Shown piece by piece: positions 7,506 to 15,222 of a stretch of DNA of 15,222 nt. Each line of letters opens with the position of its first letter. The stretch's first letter is position 1. This DNA is from Thermodesulfobacteriota bacterium (lineage in GTDB: Bacteria > Desulfobacterota > Desulfobulbia > Desulfobulbales > SURF-16), in the NCBI GenBank assembly GCA_039715015.1, contig JBDLIE010000060.1:1-15222 (forward strand), read 5' to 3'. Below the pieces are notes generated by a model, which had not been told where the DNA came from, made no database searches, and saw only the letters and a program-made list of their open reading frames with translations. The position numbers were made by a program, and so were the translations under genes.

Positions 7506-9554
7506 CTACACCTCGTCATGGAGCTGTTTCTGCACCTCGCCACAACGCAGCATCATGGCACCAAAATAGGGATTGTTAATCTCTTCATTTTCGGCAAGCC
7601 AGGTGGCACCGGTGTTTCCGAAGGCCATGGGGCAGAACTGCTGAAAGACCGGCCCTGTACCCTCAACCCCTAAATCCTTCACAGCCTGACTAAGCACCTG
7701 ACTCAAGGGATAGAAGGCTGTCCGGATCTCTTCTATTTCTCCGTTTGCCTGTAAGGCCATACCAACCTTGCTTAACTCCTGGGCCAAGGGCTCTTGGACA
7801 AAGGGGATGACCTCCTCTAAGGCTGCCTCAACCTTGGCCACTGCCTTCCGGGCAGCGGCAAGATCATCAGCAGCCAAGCCCTTCTGCAAAAGAAAATACT
7901 CATTCACGAGCCTGCCAAGGGCCAGCTGCACCTCCTGGGAAGCGCCACCATTCTCGTCATCCTGCAAATCATACTGACGGCGCAGGCCATGGAAATGCTC
8001 AGCCATGGAGGCATAAAGTCGATCACGTTCACCGCGGTCTGCGGCCTCTTGAAGAAGAATCACATCACCTGCAAGAAGCATGGCCATTTCCTGCCACACC
8101 AATTTATCCTCCCCGCCTAGGCCCACGTCAGCCATGGCCTGCAAACGCTGCTGAAAGGCGGCAAGGAGGGGTTTTAAATCATCCTGATTGTTCTGATGAA
8201 CCTGCTCGGAAAGCTTGCCAAAAAGTTTATTGAGAGTTTTGAGTTTGGAGGTAAAAAGTTCCGGCAGGGCTTCCTTCTTGTCGCCGCCTCCTGCCAGAAA
8301 GGGATTCATCATGGAAGGCCGGGCCTGGAGCTGGATGGCGGAGTCAATCTTGAAATTACCCGCACTTACGACAAGCTCCCCTTCAACAAGGCCGCTTTCC
8401 ACCTGGTAATAATTGCCGCGCCGGGGCCCGAGAATGACCTCCTTGCCCAGGTAGACACCTTCCTGATCTGGGAGTTGGACGTAAACAAGGGCACGCTTGC
8501 CGGTGATCAGCGGCGCTGACACCGGAATGAGCAAGGGCAGATTGACATCTGCCAACGGTGCTAACTCACGGGCCTGGGCCCTTACGAACATGCCGGGCTT
8601 AAGCGCCCCTTCTTCATTGTTAACATTAAGACGGACACGGATGGTCCTGGTCTTATCATTAACCAGCGGATCAATATAGGCGACCTTGCCCTGAAAGGAC
8701 CGGCCAGGAAAGGCCTCGACATTAAAGCTTACCTGCTGGCCCAGGCTGAGGCCCTGCAAATCCGACTCATAGGCCTCCAGCACCACCCAGAGAGACCCCA
8801 GGTCGGCAATGGTATAGATAGGGGCACCCGTTTTAACATACATACCCTCAAAAACATTTTTCTTGATAACAATGCCGCTCATGGGCGCCAGCAGAGTGAT
8901 ATGGTCAATGGGCTGGCCGCGCTCAACCACCTCATCAATCTGTTCCCGGGTCAAGCCGAGAAGACGGAGCTTGTCCCGGGCCGCCTTCTCGGTGCGCACA
9001 ACGGTATTTTTGAGGATTGAGGAGCTGCTCTTTTCAAACGTTGCCACAGCAGATACGGCCTGGATAAGCTCGGCCTGGGCAGTGAGCAATTCCGGACTGT
9101 AAATCTCGGCCATTGCCTGGCCCTTTTTGACCAGGGAGCCGGTATAATCGACATGGAGGGTATCAATGCGGCCTGCCACCCAGGCGGTGATGGTACCCAA
9201 CCGGGTTTCGTCATAATCCACCTTGCCCACCATCCGGGTCTCAACACCTGCCGCGCCGCGGATGACCGGCACGACCTCGACCTGGGCAAGCTTGCGGGCC
9301 CGTGCATCAAAGCTGATCTGACGCAAACTCTGACGCTTGCCGGCGCTATCATCCTTGGGCACCTCAATGAGATCCATAAAACAGATGGGGCACTGGCCAA
9401 ACTCCGGCAGCTGGATCTGCGGATGCATGGAGCAGGTCCACACCGTTTCCGCCTCGTCATGATCATGCTCTGCCGGAGCAGCTTGGGCCGTTACCGGCAA
9501 GACAAGCAGAACCAGGATGAACAGAAGGCCTATTTTTTTTATGTGCTGAAACAT
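7506..9554 (-). CDS. cusB: CusB-like RND periplasmic adaptor with N-terminal heavy-metal-binding domain and C-terminal DUF3347-like region, 682 aa
   Basis: Signal/TM segment, HDHD stretch, WTCSMHPQI...CPICFMDL, YSPELLTAQAEL, LKPGMFV, SAGNFKIDS, C-terminal FCPMAF...W...NPYFG.MMLRCG. AAGGAG RBS upstream of the ATG at 9554. Confidence 0.88.
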   Translation of the reverse strand: MFQHIKKIGLLFILVLLVLPVTAQAAPAEHDHDEAETVWTCSMHPQIQLPEFGQCPICFMDLIEVPKDDSAGKRQSLRQISFDARARKLAQVEVVPVIRGAAGVETRMVGKVDYDETRLGTITAWVAGRIDTLHVDYTGSLVKKGQAMAEIYSPELLTAQAELIQAVSAVATFEKSSSSILKNTVVRTEKAARDKLRLLGLTREQIDEVVERGQPIDHITLLAPMSGIVIKKNVFEGMYVKTGAPIYTIADLGSLWVVLEAYESDLQGLSLGQQVSFNVEAFPGRSFQGKVAYIDPLVNDKTRTIRVRLNVNNEEGALKPGMFVRAQARELAPLADVNLPLLIPVSAPLITGKRALVYVQLPDQEGVYLGKEVILGPRRGNYYQVESGLVEGELVVSAGNFKIDSAIQLQARPSMMNPFLAGGGDKKEALPELFTSKLKTLNKLFGKLSEQVHQNNQDDLKPLLAAFQQRLQAMADVGLGGEDKLVWQEMAMLLAGDVILLQEAADRGERDRLYASMAEHFHGLRRQYDLQDDENGGASQEVQLALGRLVNEYFLLQKGLAADDLAAARKAVAKVEAALEEVIPFVQEPLAQELSKVGMALQANGEIEEIRTAFYPLSQVLSQAVKDLGVEGTGPVFQQFCPMAFGNTGATWLAENEEINNPYFGAMMLRCGEVQKQLHDEV

Positions 9555-9594
9555 GACTATCTCCTTGGCCAGCATGGAGCAAGAGACCGAGAGA

Positions 9595-9704
9595 GGCCAT
9601 GGGTGCTACAGGAGTGAGCTCGCTTGTAAAAAAGGGGATGGATTTCACAAGATGCTTTTGAGAGAGAAGTTGAGCTTGAGCTCACCCCTGGACCACCCAT
9701 GGCC
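9595..9704. repeat. Imperfect 27-bp inverted repeat (110-bp MITE-like or stem-loop element)
   Basis: GGCCATGGGTGCTACAGGAGTGAGCTC (9595-9621) matches the reverse complement of 9678-9704 at 24/27. Confidence 0.75.
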
Positions 9705-9718
9705 CGGCAATAATTGCC

Positions 9719-9973
9719 TTACCCCTTGGGTACAGCCTTTGGCTCCTGGCCTTGCTCTTGCAGCTTATCCAGATACTTCTGGGGGTCCTTTTTAAACTGG
9801 CCATCACAATAGGCGCAGCAGAAATAGACCCGTTGGCCATCATGGTCAGCATAGAGCTGCTCGTTGACGGTACCGCCCATCACCGGACAGGTGGTCTGGG
9901 GTTCGGCCAGGGCAACGGTGGCAAAGGTCAACACCATTAACAGGGGAAAAAATAAAGATTTGGCGGTTTTCAT
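9719..9973 (-). CDS. Secreted YHS-domain protein, 84 aa, putative metal chaperone
   Basis: Signal peptide ending ALA-E, TCPVMGG, VYFCCAYCDGQFKKDPQKY. AAGGAG RBS at 9980-9985. Confidence 0.88.
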   Translation of the reverse strand: MKTAKSLFFPLLMVLTFATVALAEPQTTCPVMGGTVNEQLYADHDGQRVYFCCAYCDGQFKKDPQKYLDKLQEQGQEPKAVPKG

Positions 9974-10035
9974 AATCGACTCCTTAGTTTTTAAAAAAAT
10001 AATTCCGCTCACAGCAAAATAGCTTCTTCTACCTC

Positions 10036-11298
10036 TTACTCATGCCAGTCAGCCAAGGTCACCCCCACCAGCTCTTCCAGGCGGGCAACCTCAAGGGCCT
10101 GATCGGCCAGGGCTCTTTTCAGGTCCAACTCTAACTCCAATAAATTTTTTTCAGCATCTAGAAGGGAAAGAACACTCCGGCGCCCATCTTGAAAGGCCTG
10201 CAGGCCTACCTCAACCTCCTGACGGATCTTGGGGATGACACTCTTCTGATAAAGAGTATGGCGGCGTTGGGCGTCTCGGTACCGAAAGAGCCCTTGATCA
10301 ATAGCAGCATCAAGATTTCGAATCTGTTGCTGCCTTTTTCCCCGCGCGGCCCTGATCTCTTGCTGTTTTTCCGCCACCGCTCCGTTACGCCTGTCACGAA
10401 AGAGGGGAATGCTCATGGTAATTCCGGCAATCACTGGATCACGGCCACTGTCAGGTGGATCTGCAAACTCAGCCTCGTCAGTGATAATTGTTTTCAGACT
10501 GAATGCCAGATCCGGATAAAAATCACTTTCGGCAATTTCCAGGGAGCTCTTTGCCTTCTTCACAGCCTTCTCAGCCCCAGAAAGTTTTGGGCTTTTTTGA
10601 CGGGCCAAGTTATAGAGATCCGTCTCATTGACATTCATTATAATGGAGGGCAATTGGGCCGGATTTGTTCGCGCAATTTCTCGGGAAGCGCCCAGCACAG
10701 AATTCAACTGGCCTTGCAGAGGTTCAATCTGATCATGCAGGGAACGCTGCCGTTCTTCCAGACGGGCCAGCTCCACCTGAACCTTCAGGACATTGCCATA
10801 GTCAAGCTTGCCGGCGCTGTATCTGGTCAGGGCCACTGATTCAAAATAGCGCAACAACTCCAAGCCTTCGTCAGTGATCCGCCGGGCCTCGGTATTAAAG
10901 GCATAGGCTATGTAAATTTCCTTCACCCGCCGAACAACCTTGAGCTGCACCTCATGGAGCTGGCTTTCTACAATGGCGCTTTTAAGACGAACCTCTTTTT
11001 TCTGTGATGATAATTTTGTCGGCCAGGGCACACGCTGGCTGAGGCTGATAGCAGCCTCTTGGGGGCCGGTACGGGTTTCCACCGGTTCCAGATAATATTG
11101 CACCCCCAATACAGGGTCGGGCAGTACGCCTGTCCTTCTTATCTTCGCCTGGGCAGCTTGAAATGCCGCCTGAGAAGCGACAAGTTCATCATTATGAACC
11201 AGTGCCTCCTCGACATATTGCTCCAGCGAAGCAGAAGCCGTTTGCTGCCCCATGAGCAGAAAAACGGCTCCTAAAAAAATGCATATCCCCTTATTCAT
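10036..11298 (-). CDS. TolC-family outer membrane factor (CusC-equivalent), 420 aa
   Basis: Signal peptide, LPDPVLG, SQRVPWPTKL, YPDLAFS, SIPLFR, LLDAE, and two OEP repeats. ATG 11298 preferred over GTG 11355, which lies inside the upstream micro-ORF; no clear RBS. Confidence 0.88.
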   Translation of the reverse strand: MNKGICIFLGAVFLLMGQQTASASLEQYVEEALVHNDELVASQAAFQAAQAKIRRTGVLPDPVLGVQYYLEPVETRTGPQEAAISLSQRVPWPTKLSSQKKEVRLKSAIVESQLHEVQLKVVRRVKEIYIAYAFNTEARRITDEGLELLRYFESVALTRYSAGKLDYGNVLKVQVELARLEERQRSLHDQIEPLQGQLNSVLGASREIARTNPAQLPSIIMNVNETDLYNLARQKSPKLSGAEKAVKKAKSSLEIAESDFYPDLAFSLKTIITDEAEFADPPDSGRDPVIAGITMSIPLFRDRRNGAVAEKQQEIRAARGKRQQQIRNLDAAIDQGLFRYRDAQRRHTLYQKSVIPKIRQEVEVGLQAFQDGRRSVLSLLDAEKNLLELELDLKRALADQALEVARLEELVGVTLADWHE

Positions 11299-11311
11299 CA
11301 AACTGAGAAGC

Positions 11312-11443
11312 TTACTTGGCAAAAGTATCGGTCTCACAGTCCCAGTAAGTGCCACCGGGGACTGGGCCAGCTAAGGCGCTGGTTCCAACAAAAAGAGCAG
11401 CGACAACAAAGAGTGCGGTAACAAGGCCTTTAAAAGTTTTCAT
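11312..11443 (-). CDS. Small secreted peptide, 43 aa (25-aa signal peptide plus 18-aa mature GPVPGGTYWDCETDTFAK)
   Basis: AGGAG RBS at 11451-11455, 7 nt before ATG 11443. Typical Sec signal MKTFKGLVTALFVVAALFVGTSALA. First ORF after the predicted promoter; stop lies 13 nt before the TolC start. Confidence 0.7.
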   Translation of the reverse strand: MKTFKGLVTALFVVAALFVGTSALAGPVPGGTYWDCETDTFAK

Positions 11444-11515
11444 GGCTGGTCTCCTAAATAAAATGGACGCACCGTTTCCGGCACAATATAACTTCTTCAT
11501 TTATGAGGTTACTAG

Positions 11516-11531
11516 TTCAGATAATATGCCA
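11516..11531 (-). promoter_or_regulatory. Putative sigma54 (-24/-12) promoter for the efflux operon
   Basis: Minus strand TGGCATATTATCTGAA versus consensus TGGCACGNNNNTTGCW. GG-N10 spacing is correct, but -12 is GA instead of GC. It is adjacent to a sigma54 activator gene. Predicted TSS near 11505. Confidence 0.6.
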
Positions 11532-11594
11532 ATTTTGTGGCTCAACTCAAAAAAAATCGCTCCGTCACAACGGCAAAAGAAATATACATCGATA

Positions 11595-11607
11595 TAACAA
11601 ATAGTTA
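11595..11607. promoter_or_regulatory. Putative IHF site
   Basis: TAACAAATAGTTA has one mismatch to WATCAANNNNTTR, sits in AT-rich DNA, and lies between the predicted enhancer and promoter. Confidence 0.45.
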
Positions 11608-11690
11608 GGCGCTGCCAATTTTGCCCTGAGCGGGCGAAAAAAGAACTATTCGGGCTTTGGCAATAAGAGTGAAAGCAGAAAAAGAGCTAA

Positions 11691-11736
11691 AGATTAGAGA
11701 ATATTCTCTAATCTGATTAAAGAATATTCTCTAATC
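11691..11736. promoter_or_regulatory. Tandem palindromes, putative enhancer (UAS) for the sigma54 activator
   Basis: Perfect 24-bp palindrome AGATTAGAGAATATTCTCTAATCT (11691-11714) and a one-mismatch copy GATTAAAGAATATTCTCTAATC (11715-11736), with a 23-bp period. Confidence 0.7.
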
Positions 11737-13080
11737 TTCCTTATCAAACTTCTCCAACCTATAGATAAGGACGTGCCTGGGGATCTTGAGAAGACGGGCA
11801 GCCTGGGAGCGATTACCATTACTTTGTCGCAAGGCCTTTTCTATAAGGGCCTTTTCCACTTCAGGCAGGGAAAGCCCTTCCGGAGGAATTTCAGGAACCA
11901 GGCCTTTTTCCCCCAGGGAGGTACTCGGCAGAAAAATATCTTCCTTTTCAATGCATTCAGAGCTGCGCAAAATAAGGCAACGCTCCACAACATTCTGCAA
12001 CTCACGGATATTTCCCGGCCAGGAGTAGGACTGCAAATACCCAAGGGCCTTTTTGCTGAAACAGACCCCTGTTGGCGCCGAAAACTTCCTGAGGAAATGG
12101 TTTACCAGGGGTGTGATATCCTCCCGTCGTTCCCGCAGGGGAGGTAGGTGGAGGGGGATGACACTGAGGCGATAAAAAAGATCTTCTCGAAAGGCGCTCT
12201 GCTTGATCTCTTCTTGCAGATTACGGTTGGTGGCCGCGATAATCCTGACATCCACGGCCTCACTGTCGTCACTGCCCACCGGCTCGACTATCCTCTCCTG
12301 TAAGGCCCGGAGAAATTTCACCTGCATTTCCGGCTGCAGCTCTGCTATTTCATCGAGAAAAAGGGTGCCACCCTTTGCTGACTGAAAACGTCCCCTGCGA
12401 TCTTTAACCGCTCCGGTAAACGCTCCTTTCACATGGCCAAAAAGCTCGCTTTCAATAAGATTTGCCGGAATGGCGGCGCAGTTCACTGCCACAAAGGGTT
12501 CGCTACGCCGGCCGCTCACCTGATGAATAAGGCGGGCCAGCACCTCCTTGCCGGTGCCAGATTCGCCAGTAATTAAGACGGTGGCCTCTGAACCCGCCAC
12601 CTTCTGGGCTGTTTCCAGCAGCTCGGCCATGGCCGAATTTGCTGTCACCATTCCCTCAACGCCAGTGAGGCGATTAATCTCCTTGGCCTGATTTTTTGTC
12701 CGGCTTTTAAGTTTCTTAAGCTCCAGGGCCTTGGCACAGGAAAGCCGCAAAGCATCCCGGTCAAAGGGCTTGGTGATAAAGGTAAATGCCCCGAGGTGCA
12801 TGGCCTGCACAGCCATCTCAATGGACCCAAAGGCGGTTATGATGATAACCGGCACTTCCGGCGCCTCCTCCTTAAACTGTTTAAGGAGGTCTATGCCGCT
12901 CATATCGCCGAGCTGGACATCAGTGATAACAAGGGACGGCTGTTTTTTTGTAAATGCAGCAAGACCCTCGGCCCCATTGGCAGCCGACAGTACGGAAAAA
13001 CCTGCAGTAACGAGGTTATATTCTGTCACCCGGCGCAGACTCTCGTCATCATCTATAAGAAGTATATGTTCATCAGCCAT
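11731..13080 (-). CDS. Sigma54-dependent response regulator (NtrC/ZraR/AtoC family; REC-AAA+-HTH Fis), 449 aa
   Basis: LLIDDD and ITDVQL receiver motifs, [56 protein letters not shown]. Confidence 0.95.
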   Translation of the reverse strand: MADEHILLIDDDESLRRVTEYNLVTAGFSVLSAANGAEGLAAFTKKQPSLVITDVQLGDMSGIDLLKQFKEEAPEVPVIIITAFGSIEMAVQAMHLGAFTFITKPFDRDALRLSCAKALELKKLKSRTKNQAKEINRLTGVEGMVTANSAMAELLETAQKVAGSEATVLITGESGTGKEVLARLIHQVSGRRSEPFVAVNCAAIPANLIESELFGHVKGAFTGAVKDRRGRFQSAKGGTLFLDEIAELQPEMQVKFLRALQERIVEPVGSDDSEAVDVRIIAATNRNLQEEIKQSAFREDLFYRLSVIPLHLPPLRERREDITPLVNHFLRKFSAPTGVCFSKKALGYLQSYSWPGNIRELQNVVERCLILRSSECIEKEDIFLPSTSLGEKGLVPEIPPEGLSLPEVEKALIEKALRQSNGNRSQAARLLKIPRHVLIYRLEKFDKED

Positions 13081-14197
13081 GTTTGTAGATCATTTCCTGG
13101 CGCGGCACATTCACTGTGAAAAGGGCTCCGCCCAGCTCAGAGCGAGACACCGTGATTTTGCCGCCATAGCTCTCGATGATTTTGGCGCTGATTGCAAGGC
13201 CAAGTCCGGTACCTTCTTCCCTTCCTGTATAAAAAGGGGCAAAAACCTGCTCATACTCTTCCTCTGGAACACCTGGCCCATCATCGGCAAAGGAGATGAT
13301 CCCCCCGCCGTCCTCCCGGGCAAGGTTTACGACAATGTGACCGCCTTGCGACACTGCCTCAACTGCGTTGATCAACAGATTGATAAAAACCTGGGCCATT
13401 TTATCGGCATCCACTAAGACGCCCTTGCCCTTTGATGGCAGGTTGAGTTCTACATTAATACCTTTTTTACTAAATGTATTATCCAGCAGAGTAATGACCC
13501 GTTTTAAAATCATAGAGGCTTCTTCCTTTTTCGGCTCCTCCCCCCCGCTCTGCTGCTGCCGCCGTGAAAAATTAAGAACTTCTTCAACCGTCTTATTCAA
13601 CCTGGATGTCTCTTTGAGAAGTATCTCAGCAAATTCCCTTTTTGGATGTCCCTCAGGAAATTCATCAAGAAAGATCTCAGCCGTACCCTTAACAGAGGCC
13701 AGCGGATTTTTAATCTCATGGGCCAATGAGGCTGAGAGCTGGCCCAGGGCTGAAAGTTTCTGGCTGGCCCGCAACTGCTCTTCAACTTCGATAAGAAGCT
13801 CTGCCTCCTCATGGAGGCGACGGTAGGAGCGTTCAAGCCGTGACGAGAGATCCTGATATTTTTCCCTGAGCCGTGACTCGCGACTGGCAATAAAACCCAC
13901 ACCACCTCCGGCCAAAAGATAAAGTATTACCTCGGCCAACTCACTGAGATAAAAATCATAGTTCATGGCGTGGAAGACATGGAGATGGGGAATAAATGCC
14001 AGGCAAGCAAGGAGGGCCAATGCAATACCACCCCGCATTCCGAAAAGAAGTCCCCCTACGACAATGGGAAAATAGCTTATGCGGCGATAAGTTTCATGAA
14101 AGACAAGTTTTTCACCCGGAGTGAGATGATGAAGTGCCCCTATCACGATGAGGCTCAAGGCCAAAAGGGTGAAGTGCAGGGCCGATTTATTAACCAT
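13073..14197 (-). CDS. Membrane sensor histidine kinase (HisKA-HATPase_c) with a His-rich N-terminal domain of about 4 TM segments, 374 aa
   Basis: H-box SLAHEIKNPL, N-box INLLINAVEA, DDGPG, FAPFYT, GTGLGLAIS. Overlaps the response regulator by 8 nt. Confidence 0.93.
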   Translation of the reverse strand: MVNKSALHFTLLALSLIVIGALHHLTPGEKLVFHETYRRISYFPIVVGGLLFGMRGGIALALLACLAFIPHLHVFHAMNYDFYLSELAEVILYLLAGGGVGFIASRESRLREKYQDLSSRLERSYRRLHEEAELLIEVEEQLRASQKLSALGQLSASLAHEIKNPLASVKGTAEIFLDEFPEGHPKREFAEILLKETSRLNKTVEEVLNFSRRQQQSGGEEPKKEEASMILKRVITLLDNTFSKKGINVELNLPSKGKGVLVDADKMAQVFINLLINAVEAVSQGGHIVVNLAREDGGGIISFADDGPGVPEEEYEQVFAPFYTGREEGTGLGLAISAKIIESYGGKITVSRSELGGALFTVNVPRQEMIYKHG

Positions 14198-14240
14198 AAA
14201 GATTGACGCTCATCATTAAGTATTGTCTTCGTCCACAGTT

Positions 14241-15222
14241 TTACGGAACATGCTCAGTTTCCTGTTCAATTGCCGAGGCCGGCTCTTTTTGGATCACAAT
14301 TTTTTGGGCAGGGAAAATGAGGTCTGGATTGTCAATCTTGTTTTCATCAGCCACTTTCAGAAAATTAAAAGGATCTCCCGTCATCTTTCCGGAAATGTCC
14401 CAGAGAGTATCACCCTGTTCCACCACATACAACTCAAGCTTCGTCCGGATGTCAGCGGGCACAACCATAATAATGGCTGCCCTTTCCTCTCCTGGTGGTG
14501 TCATAGCAGCAACTGATTTTTTCTCCTCCTCTGCTGCGGTATCGGCTTCGTGTGTGACAGGAGGTTCGATGGTGCCAAGATCAACTTGTATTTCGGGGAG
14601 CACTTCCTCAATAAGGATAGGCTTTTCTTCTGCTGACGCAACAGCAGCACCTTGCCTTTTCTCATCCCCTGCTTCGGGTGTCATTTCTCGCGTGATTGCA
14701 GGTTGGCTGCCCCCAAGATCAACTGGTTCAGCGGGCAGCACGCTCTCTTTCACTGGGGCCGGAGGCAGCATCTCTATTTTTTGTTGAAAGATAAAATAGG
14801 CAGCCAACAGCGCCAATGCAAGCGCCAACAAAATCCACATTACCGTTTTTCTTTTTGCACTTCTTCGGCATGAAGCATCTATGCGGCTTTTGCCGGAAGC
14901 AACGAACACTTTTTCTGACCTCTCATTGCCATCAGCCGCCGAGATATCAAGGCCTGCCCCCCCTCTCTCGACAGCTACCTGTTTGTGGCTTGGAGGGCCT
15001 TGTTTTCTTCCAGACTTTTGCCGGACAACTTTGGCCTCGAACATCTCCCGAACTTCCTGAACTGCAACTTCAACCTCCTTTATTTCCTTGAAAAAAACGG
15101 TCTGAACCTCCTCTTCCTGGCGCTGGCGTTCTTCCTCGGCTCGGGCGGCTTCTTCTGCCTCGGCCTTCTTACGGGCCTCTTCCTCCTGCCGTTCCTGCTC
15201 TTCCCGTTCCTGGCGCTGGCGT
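14241..15222 (-). CDS. Membrane-anchored LysM-domain protein with an ER/K-rich N-terminal region (5' end outside the window)
   Basis: The frame stays open from 15044 to the window edge (RQRQEREEQERQEEEARKKAEAEEAARAEEE...). TM segment WILLALALALLAAYFIF; C-terminal LysM YVVEQGDTLWDIS...NKIDNPDLIFPAQKIVI. Confidence 0.85.
   Translation of the reverse strand, partial: RQRQEREEQERQEEEARKKAEAEEAARAEEERQRQEEEVQTVFFKEIKEVEVAVQEVREMFEAKVVRQKSGRKQGPPSHKQVAVERGGAGLDISAADGNERSEKVFVASGKSRIDASCRRSAKRKTVMWILLALALALLAAYFIFQQKIEMLPPAPVKESVLPAEPVDLGGSQPAITREMTPEAGDEKRQGAAVASAEEKPILIEEVLPEIQVDLGTIEPPVTHEADTAAEEEKKSVAAMTPPGEERAAIIMVVPADIRTKLELYVVEQGDTLWDISGKMTGDPFNFLKVADENKIDNPDLIFPAQKIVIQKEPASAIEQETEHVP

Noticed and set aside
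7165..7569. 134-aa (+) and 60-90-aa ORFs in the cusB-cusA spacer
   Set aside because: They run through repeat relics, with no RBS and no recognisable protein features. The KGLVAALFVVAA frame has no ATG and has an upstream stop.
11444..11500. Longer 62-aa version of the micro-peptide starting at ATG 11500
   Set aside because: No RBS, only about 5 nt from the predicted TSS, and it would bury the signal peptide. ATG 11443 has a proper AGGAG.
11658..11673. Plus-strand TGGCAATAAGAGTGAA sigma54-like sequence
   Set aside because: Weak -12 element, and it points antisense into the regulator's 3' end with no gene to drive; probably chance.
10189..14787. Long plus-strand ORFs 10189-10839, 12731-13417, 13368-13826 and 14203-14787
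   Set aside because: Antisense shadows of well-supported genes.
15042..15044. ATG 15044 as the start of the LysM gene
   Set aside because: The frame stays open with strongly protein-like ER/K sequence to the window edge, so the real start is probably outside the window.

Overview
Bacterial chromosomal segment, probably from a sulfate-reducing deltaproteobacterium such as Desulfobulbales (inference from gene content, not verified). From left to right: fumC (-), a decayed membrane-anchored GGDEF diguanylate cyclase pseudogene (+), a ZIP/GufA metal transporter (+), then two adjacent inverted-repeat elements. The main locus is a minus-strand heavy-metal efflux operon, probably for Cu(I)/Ag(I). 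Its order is: 43-aa secreted micro-peptide, TolC-family outer membrane factor, YHS protein, CusB-like adaptor (HMBD plus DUF3347-like domains), and an enlarged CusA. Upstream of the operon are a sigma54-like promoter, an IHF-like site and two tandem 22-bp palindromes, directly after an NtrC/ZraR-type regulator and a His-rich membrane histidine kinase. A 5'-truncated ER/K-rich, membrane-anchored LysM gene ends the window. The most unusual items are the micro-peptide heading the operon, the readable enhancer/promoter circuit, and a degenerate copy of the operon leader in the cusB-cusA spacer that lacks the 33 nt carrying the RBS and start codon.
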